47,156 nucleotides of DNA from assembly GCA_032126655.1 (NCBI GenBank), contig JAQBAU010000059.1, positions 1 to 47,156 on the forward strand, read 5' to 3'. The translations under genes were made by a program, and so were the position numbers. The number at the start of each line of letters is the position of its first letter. Positions within the stretch are counted from its first letter, which is position 1. The notes beneath the pieces are model-generated. The model was not told where the DNA came from, searched no databases, and was given only the letters and a program-made list of their open reading frames with translations. Of the stretch, positions 39,238-47,156 are shown piece after piece. This stretch comes from Desulfobacterales bacterium (GTDB lineage Bacteria; Desulfobacterota; Desulfobacteria; Desulfobacterales; C00003060).

Positions 39238-39390
39238 GAACCCACATACTTAACGAGGAACAGCAAATATTTTTCCCCGTTGTCCCGCAGCCGAGCATCT
39301 GCGAAGTCCCGGCGTCAGGCGGGGCCCTCAACCCTGATCCACATTATTGAGATGGGTCCTCACAATCCTTGAGCCTTTCAACCCATCTCA
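39238..39390. mobile_element. Degenerate MITE remnant, copy D
   Basis: CACATACTTAACG is identical to copy A. TIR-like TGAGATGGGT (39348) and ACCCATCTCA (39381). Confidence 0.5.
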
Positions 39391-39433
39391 GACAAACCTT
39401 CTGCCACTACCAAAAAAAACACCCCACAAAAAC

Positions 39434-39468
39434 AAAAGGGGCTCACCCCAGCCGGAGTGAACCCCTCT
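39434..39468 (-). terminator. Intrinsic terminator of dsrTMKJOP
   Basis: AGGGGTTCACTCC-GGCT-GGGGTGAGCCCCT followed by T-rich sequence on the minus strand. Confidence 0.75.
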
Positions 39469-39490
39469 ATCTGTTCTATGTATGGTTTGA

Positions 39491-40657
39491 TTAAGCTTTC
39501 AGCTGCTCCTGCTCCTCTTTCACGGTGATAGCTACCTTGTAAAGAAGGCTCATAATAAAAAAGCCGGTAGCCCAAACTCCTAACGTGATCAACACCTCCG
39601 GAACAGTTGCTACATACTCGGTAACACGCTCAAACGGATTCGGGATAAACCCTCCGATAACCAACCCCACGCCCTTATCAATGTAACAGGCGATAAAGAC
39701 GCACACGCAGGCAACCGCCAGGACATCCTCTGCCCTGCGCGCCGCCGGCACAATCAACAGTACAAGGGCAACCGCTGCAAAAAAGGTAGCCGCCCACATC
39801 CACGGAACAAGCCCGGTGTGTCCATGCAAACCGCCAAACAGGTACTGAATCGTATGCATGTGCCCGGGTATCTGGCTGTAAAAGGCCGTAAAGGTTTCAA
39901 GCAAGAAGAAGAACACATTTAAGATCATGGCATAGGTGACAATGCCCGCAAGTGTTCGAATCTGCTCCTTGCCGGGATCAAACTTGGTTGTTCTTCTCAC
40001 AATAAGACAAAACAGGATGAGCATTGCCGGCCCGGCAGCAAAAGCTGATGCCAGAAACCGCGCTGCCATGATGGCGGTGAGCCAGAAGTGTCTCCCGGGC
40101 AAACCAGCGTAAAGGAAGGCTGTTACGGTGTGGATGCTGATGGCCCAGGGGATTGAAAGGTATATGAAAGGCTTCAGCCATCGCGGGGGCGGCGAATTCT
40201 TTCGCTCAGCACTCAGGATGTTCCACCCGATGAAGATGTTCAAGAACAGATAACCGTTCAAGACGATCATGTCCCAAAAAAGGATCGAATTGGGTGTGGG
40301 ATGCAATGCCACATTCAAGGCCCGAACCGGGTTACCAAGGTCGACCAGAATGAACAAAAGGCACATGGAAACAGCCGCAACCCCCAAGAACTCTGCCAGT
40401 ATGGTAATCCTCCCAAAGGCCTTATAATGATGAATGTAGTAAGGGATGACAACCATCACGGCTGCAGCGGCTACGCCAACCAGAAACGTAAAATTGGCAA
40501 TGTACACGCCCCAGGAGATATCCCGGCTCATTCCGGTGACACCAAGGCCTTCAGTGAACTGAAAGAGCCATGAAATAAAGCCGAACCCCATAAAGACAAG
40601 GAGACATGCCATCCATGTCAAATAAGTCCGTCCTCCAACAAACGCCTTCTCAAGCAT
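39491..40657 (-). CDS. dsrP: DsrP (NrfD-family membrane subunit)
   Basis: TGMSRDISWGVYIANFTFLVGVAA, DLG.P, WAISIHTVTAF, DKG. Confidence 0.95.
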   Translation of the reverse strand: MLEKAFVGGRTYLTWMACLLVFMGFGFISWLFQFTEGLGVTGMSRDISWGVYIANFTFLVGVAAAAVMVVIPYYIHHYKAFGRITILAEFLGVAAVSMCLLFILVDLGNPVRALNVALHPTPNSILFWDMIVLNGYLFLNIFIGWNILSAERKNSPPPRWLKPFIYLSIPWAISIHTVTAFLYAGLPGRHFWLTAIMAARFLASAFAAGPAMLILFCLIVRRTTKFDPGKEQIRTLAGIVTYAMILNVFFFLLETFTAFYSQIPGHMHTIQYLFGGLHGHTGLVPWMWAATFFAAVALVLLIVPAARRAEDVLAVACVCVFIACYIDKGVGLVIGGFIPNPFERVTEYVATVPEVLITLGVWATGFFIMSLLYKVAITVKEEQEQLKA

Positions 40658-40665
40658 AGTTCACC

Positions 40666-41532
40666 TCACACGATATAATAGACGTTAGGACCCGTTCCAA
40701 GCTCTGGTTTGCGCCGAATGCTGTAATTTTCACGCAACAACGCCCTTACTTCGGAGTTCGGATCTCCTAGATCTCCAAATGCGAGAGCGGGTTCTTTACC
40801 CTTCTCTTTACTGATTTTCTGGGCAGCTTCCACGCATGCCGGGATCTCCCCCTTAGCAAGACGCTCTGCACAGAACTGACACTTTTCCACCACGCCTTTC
40901 GTCCTAGTAGGATACCCCGGGTTTTCCTTTCTGATGTATGGCCTCGGGTCCTTCCAGTTGAAGCTCCTTGACCCGTAAGGACACGCCGCCATGCAGAAAC
41001 GGCACCCGATGCAGCGATGCATGTCCATCATGACGATGCCATCGCTCTTCCTCTTGAACGTTGCTCTTGTCGGACAAACCCGCACGCAAGGAGCATTGAA
41101 ACAGTGGTTACACATCACGAGGAATGGGGTGTGTTCATACTTCTCAGCCACATACTCGTGGTGTTTGGCAGGAAAGACGTGGCCATACTCGTCTTCCCAA
41201 ATCCACTTGACTTCGTGCTTTGGATTGTCGATCTCGGGCACATTGTGCACGTGATGACAGGCCTCCTTGCAGGCCTCCACAACCTCCTCGTCGAGCGATT
41301 TCACGTTCACCACCATGGCCCACCGTGAACCTGTCAGGGCATCTGCAGGTTTGAACCCGGCCGGCTTGTGAAAGAAATGCAGGAGTAATTCGGACGGCGT
41401 AAAGCCACCCGTTTGCTCATACATCCATTCGACCGGATTGGTGGTTGCAAGGACACTGGTGGCAGGTATGGCTGCTGCGCCCAACGTAGACATTCCGGCG
41501 ATTTTCAAAAACTTTCTTCTATCAACGCCCAT
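40666..41532 (-). CDS. dsrO: DsrO periplasmic Fe-S subunit
   Basis: Tat RRKFL, ACH..HNVP, CNHC..PCVRVCP, CIGCRFCMAACP. TGATG overlap with dsrJ. Confidence 0.93.
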   Translation of the reverse strand: MGVDRRKFLKIAGMSTLGAAAIPATSVLATTNPVEWMYEQTGGFTPSELLLHFFHKPAGFKPADALTGSRWAMVVNVKSLDEEVVEACKEACHHVHNVPEIDNPKHEVKWIWEDEYGHVFPAKHHEYVAEKYEHTPFLVMCNHCFNAPCVRVCPTRATFKRKSDGIVMMDMHRCIGCRFCMAACPYGSRSFNWKDPRPYIRKENPGYPTRTKGVVEKCQFCAERLAKGEIPACVEAAQKISKEKGKEPALAFGDLGDPNSEVRALLRENYSIRRKPELGTGPNVYYIV

Positions 41533-41936
41533 CAGTGCATCTCCTCTGCCTGGAGTTTCTCTTCCTTGGGTTGGATATGGCAATCCCAGCAATACGGTAC
41601 AACACCCGTATAGTTGTGACACCGGTCGCAAAACTCCGTCTTCTTTGCGTGACAGTCCGCGCTCATGCAGGTGTTCTGGAGACTCATATCGTACGTTACA
41701 CCACTAGGAGCAAGATACGACCTCTTGCCCACGCGAACCACCGAGTCTCTCCACAGATCCAGCAGCTGCATGTGCTTGGTCTTCATGTACGCTCTCGTAT
41801 CCACGCACTGCTTCTCTTTTTCGGGAAGCTTGACCTCCGGTTTTGGCGGAGTTGTCCCATGAGTGTACCAGATGGGGAATGTCAAAAAAATGAGACCGAT
41901 GACTATTCCGGCAACGATTTTTCCTCCGTCATACAT
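41532..41936 (-). CDS. dsrJ: DsrJ triheme cytochrome c
   Basis: CV....M...HMQLL..WRD.VVR, SL.NTC, FCDRCH, CWDCH. ATG 41936 overlaps the dsrK stop. Confidence 0.93.
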   Translation of the reverse strand: MYDGGKIVAGIVIGLIFLTFPIWYTHGTTPPKPEVKLPEKEKQCVDTRAYMKTKHMQLLDLWRDSVVRVGKRSYLAPSGVTYDMSLQNTCMSADCHAKKTEFCDRCHNYTGVVPYCWDCHIQPKEEKLQAEEMH

Positions 41937-43572
41937 CCTCACTATCCTCCATTCCTGGCAGGGGCTCACCCCTGTAGTTCACTTCCCTCTTCTTCTCACC
42001 CTCCATGACCAAGGCATTTCCTACCATCTCATGAACGCCGGTGACATCCACCTCAGGGACATAGTATTGCATGAGGGCTGGTAGTACGGCCCTGTCAATG
42101 GCACAAACGTTCGCTAACATATTCACGCCGTACTTCTTGTGAACGTGCTTGACAGCATTGGCTCTTGGAAGTCCCCCTCTGAATCTAAGTTCCATATCTT
42201 CCCCTGCGTTTAGGCCTGAACCGCCGCCGCAACAGAACGTTTGCTCCCTAATGGAACCGGGGGGCATCTCATAGAAATTGTTGCACACGCTCTTGATGAC
42301 GTAGCGCGGTTCTTCAAAAAGTCCCATACCTCTAGCTGGGTTGCATGAGTCATGAAACGTGACTCTCAGGTTGTCATTTCTGCTTGGATCCAGTTTCAGC
42401 TTGCCGTTTCGAATGAGATCTGCGGTAAATTCTGTGATGTGAACCATCTTGGTTTCATTCGCATTCTCAAACTTCGTGCCCGTGATGGGGGAAACAGGAT
42501 TTTCCAGATTACTCCCCTCAGCAAGTTCTTGATTCATGGTAGACATATATTGATTGATGACTCGCCACATGTGGCCGCACTCTCCGCCAAGAATCCACTT
42601 TACGCCTAGGCGTTTGGCTTCGGCATACATCTTGGCGTTTAGTTTCTTCATCAACTCATTTGATGTGAACATGCCGAAGTTTCCACCCTCTGAGGCGTAG
42701 GTGCTCCAGGTAACGTCGATCCCCAGTTCGTGGAAAAGCGCCATATAACCCATGGCAGTGTAAGTGCCAGGATCGGCAAATACATCACCCGAAGGGGTGA
42801 TGAAAAGAATTTCGGCCCCTTTCCTGTTGAAACTCGGCTCCACCCTGACACCCGTCACATCCTCGACTTCGTCCACAAAGAACTCCATCATCTCCTTGTA
42901 GGCGTGGGGCATGATCCCAAGGTGATTCCCGGTTCTATTACAATTGGCGGCAGGCCCGGCGATCCAGTCGATGTTCAACCCCAGAAGGTTGGTCAACTCC
43001 CTGCCGAGCATGGTGATCTCGGCCGTGTCAATCCCGTAGGGGCAAAACACAGAGCAACGCCGACATTCACTGCACTGGTACAGATAGTACCACCATTCCT
43101 TGAGTACATCGTAGGTAAGGGCTCTAGCCCCGGCAATCGGCCCCAACACCTTTCCGGCGTTTGTGAAATACTTTCGATATACCGATCTAAAGAGCTCAGC
43201 CCTGAGGACTGGCATGTTCTTCGGATCTGCAGAGCCGATGAAGTAATGGCACTTGTCCGCGCATGCACCGCACCTCACACAGATATCCATGAAGAGCTTG
43301 AAGGAGCGGAATCTTTTGAGCCGATCGTCAAATCCATCCAGGATGATCTCTTTCCAGTTCTCCGGGACCTTCCAGTCTTCATCGCTTGCAGACCACTGCC
43401 TTGGGTTTGGCATACCTACGGCTTTAACGTTTTTTGCCTCACCCGCATAGCAGTGCATGCCCGGCTTGATCTCAACATCAGGGGCAGTCCGCAGCCAGCC
43501 TTTCTCCAACCCCAATTGCCAGGGGGTGTGCTTAATCTTTAATAAGTCTTCAGGTTTAGGTGTGTCTGCCAT
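41929..43572 (-). CDS. dsrK: DsrK (HdrD-like catalytic subunit)
   Basis: CVRCGACADKCH, CSECRRCSVFCP, GECGHMWR, HDSCN, CCGGG. Confidence 0.96.
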   Translation of the reverse strand: MADTPKPEDLLKIKHTPWQLGLEKGWLRTAPDVEIKPGMHCYAGEAKNVKAVGMPNPRQWSASDEDWKVPENWKEIILDGFDDRLKRFRSFKLFMDICVRCGACADKCHYFIGSADPKNMPVLRAELFRSVYRKYFTNAGKVLGPIAGARALTYDVLKEWWYYLYQCSECRRCSVFCPYGIDTAEITMLGRELTNLLGLNIDWIAGPAANCNRTGNHLGIMPHAYKEMMEFFVDEVEDVTGVRVEPSFNRKGAEILFITPSGDVFADPGTYTAMGYMALFHELGIDVTWSTYASEGGNFGMFTSNELMKKLNAKMYAEAKRLGVKWILGGECGHMWRVINQYMSTMNQELAEGSNLENPVSPITGTKFENANETKMVHITEFTADLIRNGKLKLDPSRNDNLRVTFHDSCNPARGMGLFEEPRYVIKSVCNNFYEMPPGSIREQTFCCGGGSGLNAGEDMELRFRGGLPRANAVKHVHKKYGVNMLANVCAIDRAVLPALMQYYVPEVDVTGVHEMVGNALVMEGEKKREVNYRGEPLPGMEDSEDV

Positions 43573-43598
43573 GATAGCTCCTTTTGCAGATTTGTTCC

Positions 43599-44651
43599 TT
43601 ATTCCTCTGACGCTGCCGCTTCAGCCGCGGGCGCCGCTCCCTCTTTGTCCACTGGCAAGCCGGCATTTATCATCTTCTCTCTAAAATCGTCTTCATAAGC
43701 CTCGTAGGTGTGATATTTGACCTCTGGATTCCAGGGGTTGATGTGCCTGACCATACGGCTGTTGTTAGACAGGTTCCTCGTGGGACTCAGAAAGACACCC
43801 CCCATGTGCATCAGTTTGCTGAATGGGAAGTACATAAAGAGTACGCTCACAAGGAATATATGAATGTAGAAGAGCACGCTGATTCCTTCCGGGACCGTCG
43901 GCTGCAAGGTAATCAACCCCATCGTGAGTTCCTTGATGCTCACCACGTCCGCCTTGAACACATAGCGCATCAGAATGCCTGTTGTAGCAATGGATAAGAT
44001 CAAGAACAGCGGAAAGTAGTCAGCGACTAGAGATATGTAGCGCAGCTTGGGGTCAATGAGCCTTCTCAACAAGAGAAATGTCAGGGCCGCCCCAATCAAG
44101 AAGCCGCTTTGATACAGCGTGGGCACGGTGATTTGAAAGAAGCCATCGATCTTTTCAATAATCGGCACAAAGAAGGGCATGGGCTCGGTGAAAAACCTGA
44201 GGTGCCGGAGTATGATAACCAGGAAGGTGTAATGAAACGCAATGGCTGCCAGCCACAGCCACTTGGCTGGCTTGTATGTGATACTCTCTCCCGTCCCGTA
44301 TTCCATCCTTGTATTTCTGAACAAGGACCGGAAACAGAAAATCTCCAGGATCATTCTGCCTATAACGCCGGAGGTATTCACCGGGTTGTCCAGCTTTTCG
44401 GCATACCCATACTTGATCCACGGTAGGGATTTCTGCTGTGCACATGTCGAAGGGATGCGGAACGGCACCGGGGACTTCGCCCACTGCATCACCCGATAAA
44501 TGATGCCTGCGAAGAATATGATGACTGCAAGATACGGAATGACAATTCCGAAGAGCCATTGAAGGTGCAATCCCCACACGCCAACCAAGGGAATGGCTAC
44601 AAGTGCGAAAATTACCCCTTGAGCAATAACGAGACTTAATATGACGTTCAT
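43599..44651 (-). CDS. dsrM: DsrM (NarI-like cytochrome b)
   Basis: PVPFRIP, FRSLFRN, AFHY...RHLR, HIFL..YFPFSKLMH..SPTRN. Confidence 0.95.
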   Translation of the reverse strand: MNVILSLVIAQGVIFALVAIPLVGVWGLHLQWLFGIVIPYLAVIIFFAGIIYRVMQWAKSPVPFRIPSTCAQQKSLPWIKYGYAEKLDNPVNTSGVIGRMILEIFCFRSLFRNTRMEYGTGESITYKPAKWLWLAAIAFHYTFLVIILRHLRFFTEPMPFFVPIIEKIDGFFQITVPTLYQSGFLIGAALTFLLLRRLIDPKLRYISLVADYFPLFLILSIATTGILMRYVFKADVVSIKELTMGLITLQPTVPEGISVLFYIHIFLVSVLFMYFPFSKLMHMGGVFLSPTRNLSNNSRMVRHINPWNPEVKYHTYEAYEDDFREKMINAGLPVDKEGAAPAAEAAASEE

Positions 44652-44678
44652 TTAGTCTTCCCTCGCTTCTCTGTAATG

Positions 44679-45230
44679 TTATCCGTTGTTTACCCGGTCG
44701 TTTTCGTGATCCCCTGGCTTATCCGAGATCTCGCAGACCAACCCCGCCATTTTCAATAACCTGGCTGACTGAGTCCTTACCTCGTTGACTCTTATCTCAA
44801 AGATCTTTTCCCGACACCGCGTATATATGTCAAAGCAGCGCATGGCCAGGCCATCCATCTCAGATTCAAACGAAACCAGCTCCTCAGAAATATCCCCTTG
44901 TCCGACTTCGGCTTTGAGTTCCTCTCTGACTATTGCCTTTAGTTCGAAAATGAAGCTGACCGCCTGGGAGGAAGAAAACTCCTGAATAGCCCTCACCCTA
45001 ACGATGTCATCCAGAAAAAGGGAGATTTCGTCCGATTCCGGATTGTTCAGGAATTCGTCGTATATGGATTCCAACCCCTGGAAGATCGTGCTTCCTATGG
45101 GATTGGCAATAGCATCCTTCTGTTTCCTCAGGAACTTCTGGCTCTGTTCAGGGTAGGTGGCCAGCACGGCATTGCACCATTTCTTTATTATGCTAGACCT
45201 TTTTTCCTTGAGGAGATGCTTTAGATTCAT
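44679..45230 (-). CDS. dsrT: DsrT (RsbRD-N domain protein)
   Basis: W....TY, NPIG, VRVRAIQEF, FDIY..CRE; directly upstream of dsrM. Confidence 0.88.
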   Translation of the reverse strand: MNLKHLLKEKRSSIIKKWCNAVLATYPEQSQKFLRKQKDAIANPIGSTIFQGLESIYDEFLNNPESDEISLFLDDIVRVRAIQEFSSSQAVSFIFELKAIVREELKAEVGQGDISEELVSFESEMDGLAMRCFDIYTRCREKIFEIRVNEVRTQSARLLKMAGLVCEISDKPGDHENDRVNNG

Positions 45231-45292
45231 ACAGGGTGGTCCTTGCGGTTCCAGCCGGAACCTAATCTATGGATTGGAGCGTAAGTCCCGCG

Positions 45293-45321
45293 GATATACA
45301 CAAAATGTCCTGATTTGTCAA
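45293..45321 (-). promoter_or_regulatory. Putative dsrT promoter
   Basis: TTGACA-N17-TATATC with TG extension; palindrome TTTGTC-NN-GACAAA overlaps the -35. Confidence 0.6.
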
Positions 45322-45602
45322 GACAAAAAACTGCTCAAGAAAGACAAAAAAGTGGCCAACTTACCCGGGGTATGCCCCCCTTTTCCCGGTGTCCTGCCCC
45401 AGGACGAGACAATTGTGGCCCCGGATTGGAAACTGAGGCGATCTTTCAAGATGACCTTCGACGAAAACCAGCAATATCAAGATATTATAAGACCTCACTG
45501 CATAGTTTTGTTGATTCTCATCCTGAAAAATGTTAGATGCTCTTCAGAAAAGCCGGTCCCTGCAGCCCAAGAGCGTTTCTCAAACCTGATAAGAGGGTCA
45601 TC

Positions 45603-46223
45603 ATGCAGACGTTAGCATCTCTGATAACAATTCTGGTTCCCCTGTTGATCATCACGGACCCCTTGGGCAACTTGCCATTTTTTCTCCTTTTCACGGAAAG
45701 GAACACCCCTTCCGAACGACGCAGGATGGCTGCGATTTCCTCCTCGACAGCCTGCGTGATCCTTGCTTTTTTTGCGATCACAGGTGATTTTGTTTTGCGC
45801 TTTTTTCATATCAGCCTTCCGGCCTTCCAGTTGGCAGGAGGCTTTATCTTCTTTATTTATGCCTTGCAGATGATGCGAGTTATCCCTAGTGGGCTGAAGA
45901 GCACTTCGGAGGAGGAAGAAGAAGGGGTTGCAAAAGAGAATGTCGCATTGGTTCCGCTGGCAACACCGTTGCTGGCCGGACCCGGCGCCATCACCGCCGT
46001 CCTGGTATGGCAACAAACCCCGGACAGTCCCGTAAGCACTCCCTTGTTGTTGAGTGCTATCATTGTAACCTGCCTGACCATCTATCTTGTTTTTCGTTTC
46101 GGGGCTTCGATTATCAGGGTGATGGGTGTGGGCGGCATTCGGGTTGTCACGCGGCTCATGGGATTGCTCCTTGCAGTCATTGCCGTTCAGTTCATGGTAA
46201 GCGGGTATCTACAGATCCAATAA
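45603..46223 (+). CDS. marC: MarC-family membrane protein
   Basis: DPLGNLP, F.IS..AF.LAGG, VPLATPLLAGPGAI, RLMGLLL. Confidence 0.9.
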   Translation: MQTLASLITILVPLLIITDPLGNLPFFLLFTERNTPSERRRMAAISSSTACVILAFFAITGDFVLRFFHISLPAFQLAGGFIFFIYALQMMRVIPSGLKSTSEEEEEGVAKENVALVPLATPLLAGPGAITAVLVWQQTPDSPVSTPLLLSAIIVTCLTIYLVFRFGASIIRVMGVGGIRVVTRLMGLLLAVIAVQFMVSGYLQIQ

Positions 46224-46239
46224 GTGCCCTGGATAGACA

Positions 46240-46434
46240 ATGATAACTGAAGAGGTCTCCATCTCCGTTGGGGAAGCGGAAGCGGTTTCCTTTTCATATA
46301 CACTGGGCAACTATGAGTGGGCACAATACAACTTTACCGCTGTTGCCGACTCCACCAACAACATTAGAGAATTCGACGAAGCAAACAATGAAAAGTACGG
46401 ACCGGACGAAGTTGCGGATGCGCTCAGGCAGTAG
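46240..46434 (+). pseudogene. Fragment of a CARDB/Ig-like surface-protein domain
   Basis: FTAVADSTNNIREFDEANN resembles the CARDB C-terminal motif; only 64 aa with no signal peptide. Confidence 0.5.
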
Positions 46435-46512
46435 AAGGGCAGTATCGTGTCCCAGAAGTTGTTTACTGAAGCCAAAACCTTGATGATATCCGCGTTGATT
46501 CGTTAAAACACA

Positions 46513-46653
46513 AAATCCGAAGCACGAAATCCGAAATTCGAAACAATGACCAAAACCCAAATTCTCAAATGTTCTAAACAGTGAGATGTTTCGGTCATTT
46601 GAATTTTGGTCATTCGGATTTGTTTCGTGCTTCGATATTCGAATTTCGGATTT
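46513..46653. repeat. Heptamer-tandem long inverted repeat (AAATCCG/AAGCACG/AAATTCG)
   Basis: AAATCCGAAGCACGAAATCCGAAATTCGAAACAA...TTGTTTCGTGCTTCGATATTCGAATTTCGGATTT. Confidence 0.7.
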
Positions 46654-46726
46654 AACGTGTCGTCGTTATGCGGGATGTGACAATCATGGAATTGTGTAAG
46701 TTATTCCTGAGACGCGATACTAGACG

Positions 46727-47152
46727 TCAGCAACCGAAACCAATGACGTTTGTAAGAACCTCTCTTGTGGCTTCACTAACGGGCAGGTGTTCCAGTTCTT
46801 GGGGTGTGACCCACCGGGCCTCGGATGCATCATCGCTGGGGTTGACTTCCCCCTTCACGTAGTCGGCCATGAGGTCCACGATCACATAGTGGAATCGGGG
46901 TCTACCAGCGTCATCCGGTTCGATGACTTCAAATGTGTACACAGGATCCTTTGCCTGTATTGTGAGTCCGGTTTCCTCCATGATCTCCCGTTCGGCTGCC
47001 TGTTGAAGCGTCTCGCCCAACTCCACCCCGCCTCCTGGTATGGCCCAGAGCCCTTCGCCCGGTGGTTGACTGCGTTTCACCAAAAGGACCCGGTTGTCCT
47101 TGATGACAATTGCCCCCACAGCCACCCGTGGGTGATCGGGATACTCACGCAA
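46727..47152 (-). CDS. Nudix hydrolase (ADP-ribose pyrophosphatase-like)
   Basis: Nudix box GGGVELGETLQQAAEREIMEETG. The start lies at the window edge. Confidence 0.92.
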   Translation of the reverse strand: MREYPDHPRVAVGAIVIKDNRVLLVKRSQPPGEGLWAIPGGGVELGETLQQAAEREIMEETGLTIQAKDPVYTFEVIEPDDAGRPRFHYVIVDLMADYVKGEVNPSDDASEARWVTPQELEHLPVSEATREVLTNVIGFGC

Positions 47153-47156
47153 TAGG

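Noticed and set aside
46513-46653. CRISPR array
   Set aside because: The units are 7-nt tandem and inverted, with no repeat-spacer periodicity and no cas genes.

Overview
This is a core-chromosome segment of a sulfate-reducing Desulfobacterota (Deltaproteobacteria; Desulfobacterales-like by gene content, not confirmed by a search). In order it holds: a FlgT-like lipoprotein; a tRNA-modification block (rlmN, yhhQ/VUT, queF, trmO); the ffh-rpsP-khpA-rimM-trmD-SPOUT-rplS-rnhB-yraN-rsmI operon; lepA, a YkgJ gene and a PA2778-type peptidase; an aromatic amino acid island (iorAB, a DAHP synthase-prephenate dehydratase fusion, trpEGDCFBA); an HD-GYP...ddl operon; the convergent respiratory operons qrcABCD and dsrTMKJOP; then marC and a Nudix gene. 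The most interesting signals are non-coding or missing from the ORF track. (1) The leader of yhhQ-queF has no canonical start for the transporter's first helix, an in-frame ATG-ACC-TGA, switchable hairpins, and an overlapping uORF rich in queuosine-dependent codons; it is a candidate Q/preQ-sensing element. (2) There is a six-segment Phe attenuator, and a Trp attenuator with two terminators that appear relayed. (3) Two small His-tailed membrane proteins follow qrcD. (4) The qrc and dsr promoters have near-identical spacers. (5) A MITE family is present, one copy carrying a nested hairpin cassette. (6) LepA has a P-loop Asp-to-Asn change. No rRNA, tRNA, CRISPR array, transposase or prophage was seen. 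All calls are by eye from motifs; no database searches were run.
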